A stretch of 41,340 nucleotides of DNA from Phycisphaerales bacterium. Its GTDB lineage: Bacteria; Planctomycetota; Phycisphaerae; Phycisphaerales; UBA1924. This document shows, one piece after another, positions 1-7,295 of this stretch (position 1 is its first letter; each line of letters starts with the position of its first letter). The position numbers and the translations under genes were made by a program. The notes under the pieces were generated by a model that worked only from the letters and a program-made list of their open reading frames with translations, was not told the origin of the DNA and did not search any database. Location of the stretch: contig JBBQGR010000001.1 of NCBI GenBank assembly GCA_038323185.1, positions 1-41,340 of the forward strand, in the 5' to 3' direction.

Positions 1-4
1 CCTA

Positions 5-955
5 CTAGAAGGCGATCACAGCGCCGAAGAAGAGGCCTTGGGCCGTCGAGGGGCCGGAAAGCTCGAACGCTTCGTTGTCCTCACCGTCTGAAAGGTCGAG
101 GAATAGGGATCTATACCCGAAGAGAATCCCGACGTTCTCGATGGGCCGCCATGAGATGCCAGCGATGATGTCGCCGGTGAAGCTGCTGGTATCGCCTAGT
201 GGCAGGCCGCCGATGGTGGCCTGAACTTCGAGGTCGACTTGCTCGGCAATTTCCATCGAAGCGCGAAGACCGGCGAGGGGCTCGAAGAAGATGTTGTCCG
301 CGCTGCTCTCGAGGGACGCGATGCTGACGCCGGAGGTGGTGTCGCGCGTGCTGGCGTCGATGCTGGTGGCGCGGACGCCGAAGACCAGGTCGAGCATGCC
401 GTCGATCTTGTACTCGGAGCGCTCGGGCTTGAAGCGTTCGAGGGTGTAGAGGCCTTCGGCCTCGAAGATCAGGACTTGCAGCTCGGAATCGAGCGTGGTG
501 GTGGGGCTGAACACAACATCGCCGAGGCGGCCTGTGTAGCCCGGTTGCGCCGTGCCGCTGGTGGACCAGCCCGAGCCGCGGACCGTGAGGCCCCAGTCGC
601 CGCGGCGGAACGTGAAGTCGGCCATCGGCGCAAAGACGGGCTCATCGACATTCAGGCTTTCAAGCTCGACGGTGGAGTTTGGAGTGCTGGTCTCGCTGGG
701 GAGCTTGAGGTCGCCGCCGGTCGAGACGCGCCACGCCATGGCGCGGACGCGGAGGGTCAAGGGGGATGAGGCGTCGAGCACTGGAACTTCTTCGGTCGTC
801 GTGACGGGAGCGGGGGCGGCGGACTTGACCCTGACTTCCTGTGCCGCGCCGGTCCCCGCGACGAGCGCGAGCGTTGCGACGATGGACAGGGCGTGGAGGG
901 GGTGGAGGGCGTGTCGGGCCAGCGGGGCGGGAATGGCGAGACGGCGCGTGTGCAT
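5..955 (-). CDS. putative outer-membrane beta-barrel protein (family not recognised)
   Basis: 316-aa ORF starting at ATG 955. The N-terminus looks like a signal peptide (...SIVATLALVAGTGAAQE). Strand-like alternating pattern; the C-terminus ...FFGAVIAF ends in Phe, as is typical of OM beta-barrels. Confidence 0.55.
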   Translation of the reverse strand: MHTRRLAIPAPLARHALHPLHALSIVATLALVAGTGAAQEVRVKSAAPAPVTTTEEVPVLDASSPLTLRVRAMAWRVSTGGDLKLPSETSTPNSTVELESLNVDEPVFAPMADFTFRRGDWGLTVRGSGWSTSGTAQPGYTGRLGDVVFSPTTTLDSELQVLIFEAEGLYTLERFKPERSEYKIDGMLDLVFGVRATSIDASTRDTTSGVSIASLESSADNIFFEPLAGLRASMEIAEQVDLEVQATIGGLPLGDTSSFTGDIIAGISWRPIENVGILFGYRSLFLDLSDGEDNEAFELSGPSTAQGLFFGAVIAF

Positions 956-1053
956 GGTTTGATCCTGTGGTGCGAGCGGTCAATGTAGCGAGGCGGCGGC
1001 GGCGCGGCGCGCAACGGCCCGCTGGCTTTGGGCGGTGGCGCTAGCCTTGGCCG

Positions 1054-1911
1054 TTGCTCACACACGATGAGATCCTGACGCTGGCGATCGAGACGAGCAA
1101 TCCCTCGCTGGTGACCTCAGGGACTGCACCAGCGATGACAGGCTCGACGCCAAGCCCGACGCCAAGCCCGATGACAGGCTCGACGCCTGGCGCGGGGCCG
1201 GGCGTAGTGGTGGGCTTGGCAGGGCGCGAGGGGGCGCGGGTGCTCGCGTGGCGTGCGCTCGAGCGGGCTCATCCCAACGAGGACCCCCTCGCGGCGATGA
1301 TCGACGCTTGCGTGCGCGATGCGGGCATCAGGCCTTCGGATCTTCGGCGCGTGGCGGTCTCGATCGGGCCCGGTGGCTTCACGAGCGTGCGAGTCGCGGT
1401 CACGACCGCGAAGACGATCGCGGAGGCGACGGGCGCGGCGTGCGTGGGCGTTCCCTCTGCGTTGGTCGCGGCGTGGGGGCTGCGGGCTGGCGATTTGAAC
1501 GCGCAAAACGCCGCAGGTTCGACCGCCGCGGCAAGGTTTCCCGCTGCGATCGCGATGGCCAGCAAGGGCGAGAGCGCGTGGATCGCGGTGTATGGACCGG
1601 ACCTTGTGCCGCGGGGTGAGGCGCGGGTGATGACGGCGCAGGATGTCGGCACGCTGGCAAGAGAGGGCGTGCGAACGCTCGCACGCGACGCGTTTCTCCC
1701 CGGTGAGATGGAGGCCGCGGCGATAAAGTCGGGCCTCGAATGCACGGAACTTCGGTTGTCTGCACGGGGCGTGCTGGAACTTAGTGCATCAATCGACGCT
1801 GTGGATCCCGCCGCACTCGCGCCGATCTACCCGCGCGAGCCCGAGGCGGTGACCAAGTGGCGAGCGATGGGCCGCGGGTCGGACCGCGCCGCGGGGCCGG
1901 AGCGCCGATAA
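1054..1911 (+). CDS. tsaB: tRNA threonylcarbamoyladenosine (t6A) biosynthesis protein TsaB/YeaZ, with a Pro/Ser/Thr-rich N-terminal insertion
   Basis: Has ILTLAIETSNPS at the N-terminus and VAVSIGPGGFTSVRVAVTTAKTIAEATGAACVGVPS, which fits the GPGSFTGxRIG-type TsaB motif. TTG start. Contains an internal 36-bp duplication. Confidence 0.75.
   Translation: MLTHDEILTLAIETSNPSLVTSGTAPAMTGSTPSPTPSPMTGSTPGAGPGVVVGLAGREGARVLAWRALERAHPNEDPLAAMIDACVRDAGIRPSDLRRVAVSIGPGGFTSVRVAVTTAKTIAEATGAACVGVPSALVAAWGLRAGDLNAQNAAGSTAAARFPAAIAMASKGESAWIAVYGPDLVPRGEARVMTAQDVGTLAREGVRTLARDAFLPGEMEAAAIKSGLECTELRLSARGVLELSASIDAVDPAALAPIYPREPEAVTKWRAMGRGSDRAAGPERR
1134..1187 (+). repeat. 36-bp-period duplication inside tsaB (the 18-bp GATGACAGGCTCGACGCC occurs twice, with AAGCCCGACGCC-AAGCCC between the copies)
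   Basis: Read directly. Encodes MTGSTPSPTPSP-MTGSTPG in the N-terminal insertion. Confidence 0.85.
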
Positions 1912-1978
1912 CGACGCGACACGAGAGCTGCGAAATTGGTCGTGACGCTCCGCCGGGCATCGTGTACGCTCAGGCCTC

Positions 1979-3205
1979 ATGTCGATGCCGGAAGGAGAGA
2001 CCGACCAAGCCCCCAAGCGCGATCCTTCGCGTCGGCGTGTTGCCGTTGTCACAGGGACCCGCGCGGAGTTCGGGCTGCTGCGGCCGGTGATGTTCGCGGT
2101 ATACGCGAGGCCGGACCTGGAACTGTGCGTGATCGCCGCGGGTTCGCACCTGGTGCTGCCCGCCGAGACGTTCCGTGATGTGAAGCGAGACTTTGCGATT
2201 GCGGACTCGGTGCCGATGCAGATGGCCGGGCGCACGACGCGCGCCGACGATGCGGAGGCGCTGGGCCGCGGCGTCTCACGGTTCACGCGGAGCTTTGTGC
2301 ACCTGGCACCCGACTGGGTCGTGGTGCTGGGCGACCGCATCGAGGCCTTCGCCGCGGCGGCGGCGGCGAGCGTGGGGGGGTGGTCGCTCGCGCACGTCCA
2401 TGGCGGCGACCGGGCCGAGGGCGTGGCTGACGAGGCGATGCGCCACGCGATCACGAAGCTGGCGCACGTCCACTTTGCCGCGACGCCGATGTCGTGTGAG
2501 CGCATCATCGGCATGGGCGAGAAGCCCGAGGCGGTGCACGTGGTGGGCTCACCTGCGATCGATGATCTCGCCGCGATGCCCGCCATGAACGACGCCGACT
2601 TTGAGGCGCTTGGCTCGCCCTCGGTCGTCGTGCTGCTGCACCCACTGGGGCGCGAGGTCGCGTTTGAGGAGCGTGTCGCGGCGGCGGCGCTCGCGGCGAC
2701 GGCAGTGACGGGTCACGAGCGCGTCTTGATTCTTCAGCCGAATCTCGATCCCGGGCGCGAGGGCGTGATGCGCGCCATCGCGGCCCATGTGCGCGAGCAC
2801 GCTGAGGGGAGCGGCCCGGGCGTGGAGGTCCGGTCGCACCTGCCTCGCGCGGCGTTCGTCGGGCTGCTTCGCCGCCTGGCTCATCAAGCTGGCGAAGGGG
2901 GCGGGGTGCTGGTGGGCAACTCATCGGCAGGGCTGATCGAGTGCGCGGCGATCGGGCTGCCCGTTGTTGATATCGGCCCTCGACAGTCCGGACGCGAGCG
3001 TTGCAACAACGTGGTGCACGCCAGCGAGACAACCGAGTCCGTCGCGACAGCCATCCGCCAGGCACGGATGCTTGGACCCACGCTCTCGCGCGGCACGCCG
3101 CAGCACCCCTATGGCGACGGCACCGCGAGCGTCCGCATCGCACGGATCCTCTCCGAAGTTGATCCGCACGATCCGCTGCTGCGGCGCAAGCGCTGCACAT
3201 ATTGA
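1979..3205 (+). CDS. UDP-N-acetylglucosamine 2-epimerase, hydrolysing type (NeuC/LegG-like)
   Basis: VAVVTGTRAEFGLLRPVM near the N-terminus and GDRIEAFAAAAAASVGGWSLAHVHGGDRAEGVADEAMRHAITKLAHVHFAAT match the hydrolysing epimerase subfamily signatures (VTGTRAEYG; HxHGGE...RHxITK). Confidence 0.75.
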   Translation: MSMPEGETDQAPKRDPSRRRVAVVTGTRAEFGLLRPVMFAVYARPDLELCVIAAGSHLVLPAETFRDVKRDFAIADSVPMQMAGRTTRADDAEALGRGVSRFTRSFVHLAPDWVVVLGDRIEAFAAAAAASVGGWSLAHVHGGDRAEGVADEAMRHAITKLAHVHFAATPMSCERIIGMGEKPEAVHVVGSPAIDDLAAMPAMNDADFEALGSPSVVVLLHPLGREVAFEERVAAAALAATAVTGHERVLILQPNLDPGREGVMRAIAAHVREHAEGSGPGVEVRSHLPRAAFVGLLRRLAHQAGEGGGVLVGNSSAGLIECAAIGLPVVDIGPRQSGRERCNNVVHASETTESVATAIRQARMLGPTLSRGTPQHPYGDGTASVRIARILSEVDPHDPLLRRKRCTY

Positions 3206-3431
3206 GGTGGAGCAAGGGACCGCTGGTGCAGTGCGAGTCGAATAACTGGGATGCGGACTCGAGGTGCGAGATGCACAGCGTGAAGATGCGCGGTGCTGAT
3301 GTGAGATTTATGCTCGCGGAGGACCTGAGATCAAGTGAGCCATGGTCCCAGCCGATGGCTGAGTGGCGTGGGCGAGTATCGGGCCGCCAGGGAGGTTGGC
3401 CCTAGCCAACGCCATAGCAGGGAGCGCACGA

Positions 3432-4322
3432 ATGAGCGTGGTCGCACAGGAACGTGAGCAGGTCGTCGCCGCGGCGATCCGCGAGATCAGCCATATCGCC
3501 ACCCTACCCGAGATCACGGTCAAGGTTGTCGAGCTTGTGGAGGACCCCAAGTCCACGGCGCAGGATCTCAACAAGGTCATTTCGACGGATCCGGCGCTCT
3601 GCTCGCGCATTCTCAAGGTCGTGAACAGCTCGTTCTATGGGCTTCCGGGGCAGATTGCCTCGATCAATCGCGCCATCGTGATGCTCGGGCTGAACGCGGT
3701 GAAGAACATCGCCATCGCCGCGAGCCTCGCCAAGCTATTCCGTGGCGGGGACCTCTCGCCGGGCTTCTCGGCGCGCGATCTCTGGACGCACTGCAACGTC
3801 ACGGCGGCGGGGGCCAAGATCCTCTCGAACTCGCTCAAGCTCGGCCTCTCTGATGAGGCCTTCCTCGCGGGCCTTATCCATGACATCGGCATCATGGTCG
3901 AGATGCAGGCTGATCGTAACAAGCTCATCGAGACATTCCGGCTCGTCAATGCCGACGCCAAGGGCGTGCCCGCCAACGACATGCTCGTCGTCGAGGCCAA
4001 GGTCTTTGAGGCAACGCACCAGGACTTCGGCGCTGGCCTCTGCGAGAAGTGGAAGTTCCCCAAGAGCTTCGCGCTCGTGACGGGCTTCCACCATCGCCCG
4101 ATGGAAGTGCCCCAGGACCAGCGCACGCTGACAGCGCTGATCTATGTCGCGGATCGCCTCGCGGCGGAGACTGGCATGGGCTTCCGCCAGGACCTCATCA
4201 ACACCGAGGTCGACGCGGCGGTGATGGACTACCTCAAGCTCACCAGCGAGAAGCTCGCCGAGGTTCGCGCGATGGTGATGGCCTCCTCGAAGGACGCGAC
4301 GGCAGCGCTCGCGCTGGCCTGA
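3432..4322 (+). CDS. HDOD domain-containing signalling protein
   Basis: LPEITVKVVELVEDPKSTAQDLNKVISTDPALCSRILKVVNSSFYGLPGQIASINRAIVMLGLNAVKNIAIA is a textbook HDOD N-terminal region. HDIG and THQDFGAGLCEKWKFP occur further on. I chose ATG 3432 because AGGGAG lies 8 nt upstream; the ORF track start at 3363 is probably an over-extension. Confidence 0.8.
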   Translation: MSVVAQEREQVVAAAIREISHIATLPEITVKVVELVEDPKSTAQDLNKVISTDPALCSRILKVVNSSFYGLPGQIASINRAIVMLGLNAVKNIAIAASLAKLFRGGDLSPGFSARDLWTHCNVTAAGAKILSNSLKLGLSDEAFLAGLIHDIGIMVEMQADRNKLIETFRLVNADAKGVPANDMLVVEAKVFEATHQDFGAGLCEKWKFPKSFALVTGFHHRPMEVPQDQRTLTALIYVADRLAAETGMGFRQDLINTEVDAAVMDYLKLTSEKLAEVRAMVMASSKDATAALALA

Positions 4323-4350
4323 GGTCGAAGGGCGAGCCAAAACAGTCGCA

Positions 4351-4377
4351 CCAGACACACCAGACACACCAGACACG
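4351..4377. repeat. 3 x 9-bp tandem repeat (CCAGACACA/CCAGACACA/CCAGACACG)
   Basis: Read directly from the sequence, 29 nt downstream of the HDOD stop codon. Intergenic. Confidence 0.9.
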
Positions 4378-4485
4378 CGCGATAGGCGCGCAGGCCACGG
4401 ACGCTGACAAACTCTCTCTTTCTCCCTCCGGGCGGTTGCGTGGACACACTCAGCCGCCCTTATTTCTTTCCGATCTCCTGGGTAC

Positions 4486-4504
4486 CACGCCACTTGGTGG
4501 CGTG
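4486..4504. promoter_or_regulatory. 19-nt perfect palindrome/hairpin CACGCCAC-TTG-GTGGCGTG (copy 1)
   Basis: 8-bp perfect arms with a 3-nt centre. An identical-arm copy lies 74 bp downstream, and together the two bracket an AT-rich island. Confidence 0.85.
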
Positions 4505-4559
4505 TATCTCACATTAGATATACATAGCATTTACAATAAACAGCGGGAATCGGGATCAA
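4505..4559 (+). promoter_or_regulatory. AT-rich island with a -10-like TACAAT (4532-4537); candidate promoter of the downstream glycosyltransferase gene
   Basis: By hand count about 19 of 55 positions are G/C, in an otherwise strongly GC-rich window. Contains TATACA and TACAAT hexamers. Lies 68-122 nt upstream of ATG 4627. Confidence 0.35.
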
Positions 4560-4578
4560 CACGCCACGAAGTGGCGTG
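4560..4578. promoter_or_regulatory. 19-nt perfect palindrome/hairpin CACGCCAC-GAA-GTGGCGTG (copy 2)
   Basis: Same 8-bp arms as copy 1 and a different 3-nt centre. Lies 49 nt upstream of ATG 4627. Confidence 0.85.
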
Positions 4579-4626
4579 CTGCCCAGGAAGCCTGAAACCC
4601 AAGCGGCGAGCGAATAGACTCGCCCC

Positions 4627-6225
4627 ATGCAGGATCCGCCCATCTCACCGCAGGCGACGCCGCAGTCCGAGCAGGCAAGCCACTTTCACGGGCGCACGCT
4701 CGCGCTCGTGGCCTGCGCTGTCATGCTCGGACTGCTGCTGCGGGTGCCCGGCATGCTCCAGAGCCTGTGGCTCGATGAGATCTTCCGCACGCGCGTGGGT
4801 CTCGCGACCGACCGCCTCTGGTGGCTCCTGTTCTACGACGTTCACAACCCCTTCTACAACGCGCTGATGTGGGTCTGGATCCGCCTCACGGGGGATGGCG
4901 AGATCGCGGTGCGGGTCCCATCGTTGCTCGCGGCACTGGCACTCATCTTGCTGATCTGGCGCTGGACCGCGGCACGATTCGGGCCCCTCGCGGGCTGGGT
5001 CGCTGGAGTGTGGCTTCTTGTCTCCCCGGTCGCGGTGTGGTACTCCACCGAGGCCAAGAACAACATCTTTACAGTCCTATTCGCGACGGCGGGTGTCTGC
5101 CTTCTCGACATCGCGATGCGGTCGCGGCGTGCGAGGGACGTCGCGCTCGCCGCCGCGGCGTGCTTGCTCGCGGTCGCGACGGACTTCCAGTCGCTGCTGG
5201 TCCTCGCGCCGGCGTGGGTCGCTCTGGCAGCAATTGGAGCGAGCGGAGCTTTCGAAGTCAGAGGTGTGGATGCGTCGGGCCCGCGCGCGGGCGTCGTTGC
5301 ACGTCTGGTGCCGCTGTTGATCTCGGTCGCGGCGGCGCTTGCCTTCCTCGTGCCATGGACCATCTTCAAGTCCGGGCACGCCAGCGAACTTCCGCGGCCG
5401 TACGTCGGCTACCTGCACTGGCACGAGGTGCTGCGCCTGCTCATCGTCTGGTTGCCGACGGGCAACGCAGTGCCGCCGCTCTTTGGGCGTGGCTGGATGT
5501 GGAACGGTGCGTGGATCGGCCTGGTGGTGCTGCCTCTGCTGATGGCGGGCGCGCGATGGCTCGCACGCTCGCCCGCGGGCGTGCTCGCGCTGGTTGGTCT
5601 CTTCGGGCCGCCGCTGCTCATGATGGCGGGCAATGAGTTGCTGGTGGTGATGGGCAACAAGACGCGGCTCTACCAGCCGCGGAACCTGCTCGTGATGCTC
5701 CCGTGGTTCGCGGTCGCGCTCGGAGCGGGCGCCGTGGCGTGGCGCGCGTGGCAAGTACGAGCGGATCAACCCAGGGTCTCGCACAGGCGAGGCGCAATTG
5801 CATGGCTCGCCATCATCGCGCCGCTCGCGCTCGCGCTGGCGTCGACCGTTCTGATTCGGACCACGCAGGCACAGCGCGAGACGGTGATCACGCCCAACCC
5901 CGACTGGCGAGGCCTCGCCGCTTGGAATCGCGAGGGCCCGGAAGTCCCCATCATCGCAAATACGATGGTCCTTCCGCTGGAGTACTACGCGCCCGGCCTG
6001 CGCACCTTCCAGGTGCAGGGAGCGCACGATCGCGTGGCGCGAATGCTCGCCGTGGTGCGCGATGAGCGACTCAGCGAGTTCATCTTCGCGTACAACCCGC
6101 ACTGGTTCCCGCCCATGACGCAGGAGGAGATCACGCAGGTGCTCGGCGTGGGAGAGGTCGTGGAACAGGCGCACTTCCGGAGCATGGACGCGTGGCGGGT
6201 GCGCGTAGCAACGCAATCGCCTTAG
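4627..6225 (+). CDS. polytopic membrane glycosyltransferase, GT-C fold (GT39/ArnT/PMT_2-like)
   Basis: 532 aa with many predicted TM helices. An SLWLDEIF motif follows the first TM, and the pattern VPSLLAALALILLIWRWTAARFGPLAGWVAGVWLLVSPVAVWYSTEAKNN is typical of PMT_2/ArnT-like enzymes. Confidence 0.6.
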   Translation: MQDPPISPQATPQSEQASHFHGRTLALVACAVMLGLLLRVPGMLQSLWLDEIFRTRVGLATDRLWWLLFYDVHNPFYNALMWVWIRLTGDGEIAVRVPSLLAALALILLIWRWTAARFGPLAGWVAGVWLLVSPVAVWYSTEAKNNIFTVLFATAGVCLLDIAMRSRRARDVALAAAACLLAVATDFQSLLVLAPAWVALAAIGASGAFEVRGVDASGPRAGVVARLVPLLISVAAALAFLVPWTIFKSGHASELPRPYVGYLHWHEVLRLLIVWLPTGNAVPPLFGRGWMWNGAWIGLVVLPLLMAGARWLARSPAGVLALVGLFGPPLLMMAGNELLVVMGNKTRLYQPRNLLVMLPWFAVALGAGAVAWRAWQVRADQPRVSHRRGAIAWLAIIAPLALALASTVLIRTTQAQRETVITPNPDWRGLAAWNREGPEVPIIANTMVLPLEYYAPGLRTFQVQGAHDRVARMLAVVRDERLSEFIFAYNPHWFPPMTQEEITQVLGVGEVVEQAHFRSMDAWRVRVATQSP

Positions 6226-6233
6226 CCACACAC

Positions 6234-7115
6234 TCAGCGCGCAGTTATCTCGCGCCAGTGCGACAGGCGCGCGTGGTTCGTGAGGTCAAAGGTCAGCGGC
6301 GTCACCGTGATCTTGCCACCGAGCAGCAGCTCGACATCGCTGCCGGGGTCCGTCCCCTTGAAGTCAAGCCCGTATCCCGCGGCCCAGAAGTACGTCTCGC
6401 CGCCGGGGCTTTTGCGCTTCTCGTACTTGTCCACCAGCCCGTGCACGTTGATCGGGCAGACATGCACCGGCGGCGCGGGTGAATCAATCGTGAGGCCCGG
6501 CGCGTCGGTCGCAGGGATGTTGATCGAGAGGCACTCGTGCGGTCGCGGCAGTCCCTTGGCGAGCACCTGATCGATGGCGCGCCTCGCCCACGCCGCGCCG
6601 AGCGCGAAGTTTGGCTTGCCCTTGCCCAGCAGCATCGAGACCGCGATGGACGGCACACCAAGGAAAGCCGCCTCCAGCGCCGCGGCGACCGTGCCCGAAT
6701 AGATCGTGTTGATGCCGCAGTTGGCGCCAGCGTTCATGCCCGAGATCACAAGGTCCGGTCGCAGGAGATCCGGGAAGGCCTGCGGCCACAGGTTCGTCAG
6801 CGCGATCTTGACGCAGTCGGCGGGTCGGGCGTCCACAGCGGTTCCCCGAAGGACGTTGCCGCCGGGCGTGGGCGACTCGGTTTCGCGGATCATGATGGGA
6901 GCGTGGAAGGTCACGCCATGGCTCGTGGCGGACTGCACTGTCAGCGGCGCGACGGTGTACACGACGTGACGCGGGGCGCGTGTCACTGCGCCGGGATCGC
7001 CCGGAGCGAACGAAAGCGGGCCGCCAAGCCTTCCGCCTGTGTCGATCAGCGCGTCGAACATCGCCTCGATCCCGGGAGCCCGAATGCCGTCGTCATTGGT
7101 CAGCAGAATGCGCAT
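6234..7115 (-). CDS. surE: 5'/3'-nucleotidase SurE
   Basis: MRILLTNDDGIRAPGIEAM at the N-terminus and SGMNAGANCGINTIYSGTVAAALEAAFLGVPSIAVS. I chose the ATG at 7115; the track start at 7160 adds 15 non-conserved residues. Confidence 0.9.
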   Translation of the reverse strand: MRILLTNDDGIRAPGIEAMFDALIDTGGRLGGPLSFAPGDPGAVTRAPRHVVYTVAPLTVQSATSHGVTFHAPIMIRETESPTPGGNVLRGTAVDARPADCVKIALTNLWPQAFPDLLRPDLVISGMNAGANCGINTIYSGTVAAALEAAFLGVPSIAVSMLLGKGKPNFALGAAWARRAIDQVLAKGLPRPHECLSINIPATDAPGLTIDSPAPPVHVCPINVHGLVDKYEKRKSPGGETYFWAAGYGLDFKGTDPGSDVELLLGGKITVTPLTFDLTNHARLSHWREITAR

Positions 7116-7140
7116 GGACGAGGGTAAGGCGTAGGAAGCG

Positions 7141-7204
7141 GCGAAGTGGTCAAGGGACAAAGTGTCTAAGTGGCGAAGTGTCTAAGTGGTAGAGTGGTCA
7201 AGTG
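7141..7204. repeat. 4 contiguous 16-bp direct repeats (consensus GCGAAGTG[GTC/TCT]AAGTG)
   Basis: The units are GCGAAGTGGTCAAGGG / ACAAAGTGTCTAAGTG / GCGAAGTGTCTAAGTG / GTAGAGTGGTCAAGTG. They sit in the surE-dinB divergent intergenic region. Confidence 0.9.
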
Positions 7205-7257
7205 GAAGGGCAACCGGCAAGGAAGCCAACGTTCGTATCATGACTCCAGCATTCCAC

Positions 7258-7289
7258 CATTTGACCACTTCGCCACTTGACCACTTTCC
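7258..7289. repeat. 2 contiguous inverted copies of the same 16-bp unit
   Basis: The reverse complements read GCGAAGTGGTCAAATG and GGAAAGTGGTCAAGTG. The array ends 6 nt before the dinB ATG (7296). Confidence 0.9.
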
Positions 7290-7295
7290 GCCCCC

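Noticed and set aside
3202-3405. 67-aa ORF between the epimerase and HDOD genes
   Set aside because: It overlaps the epimerase stop by 4 nt, but it has no recognisable RBS or motif. Its composition is unremarkable and I cannot support it from sequence alone.
4486-4578. Calling the twin-palindrome element a mobile element (MITE)
   Set aside because: No target-site duplication is evident and there is no second copy in this window, so I keep it only as one hypothesis in the findings.
4049-4867. 272-aa plus-strand ORF crossing the HDOD 3' end, the AT-rich island and the glycosyltransferase 5' end
   Set aside because: It is out of frame with two well-supported genes, runs through tandem repeats and palindromes, and has a Arg/Gly/Pro/Ser-rich low-complexity translation.
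7141-7289. Possible CRISPR array, or a LexA (SOS) box, in the surE-dinB repeats
   Set aside because: The units are only 16 bp and are contiguous with no spacers, and two are inverted, so this is not a CRISPR architecture. The unit does not match any LexA consensus I know, so I report it only as an unexplained repeat/operator array.
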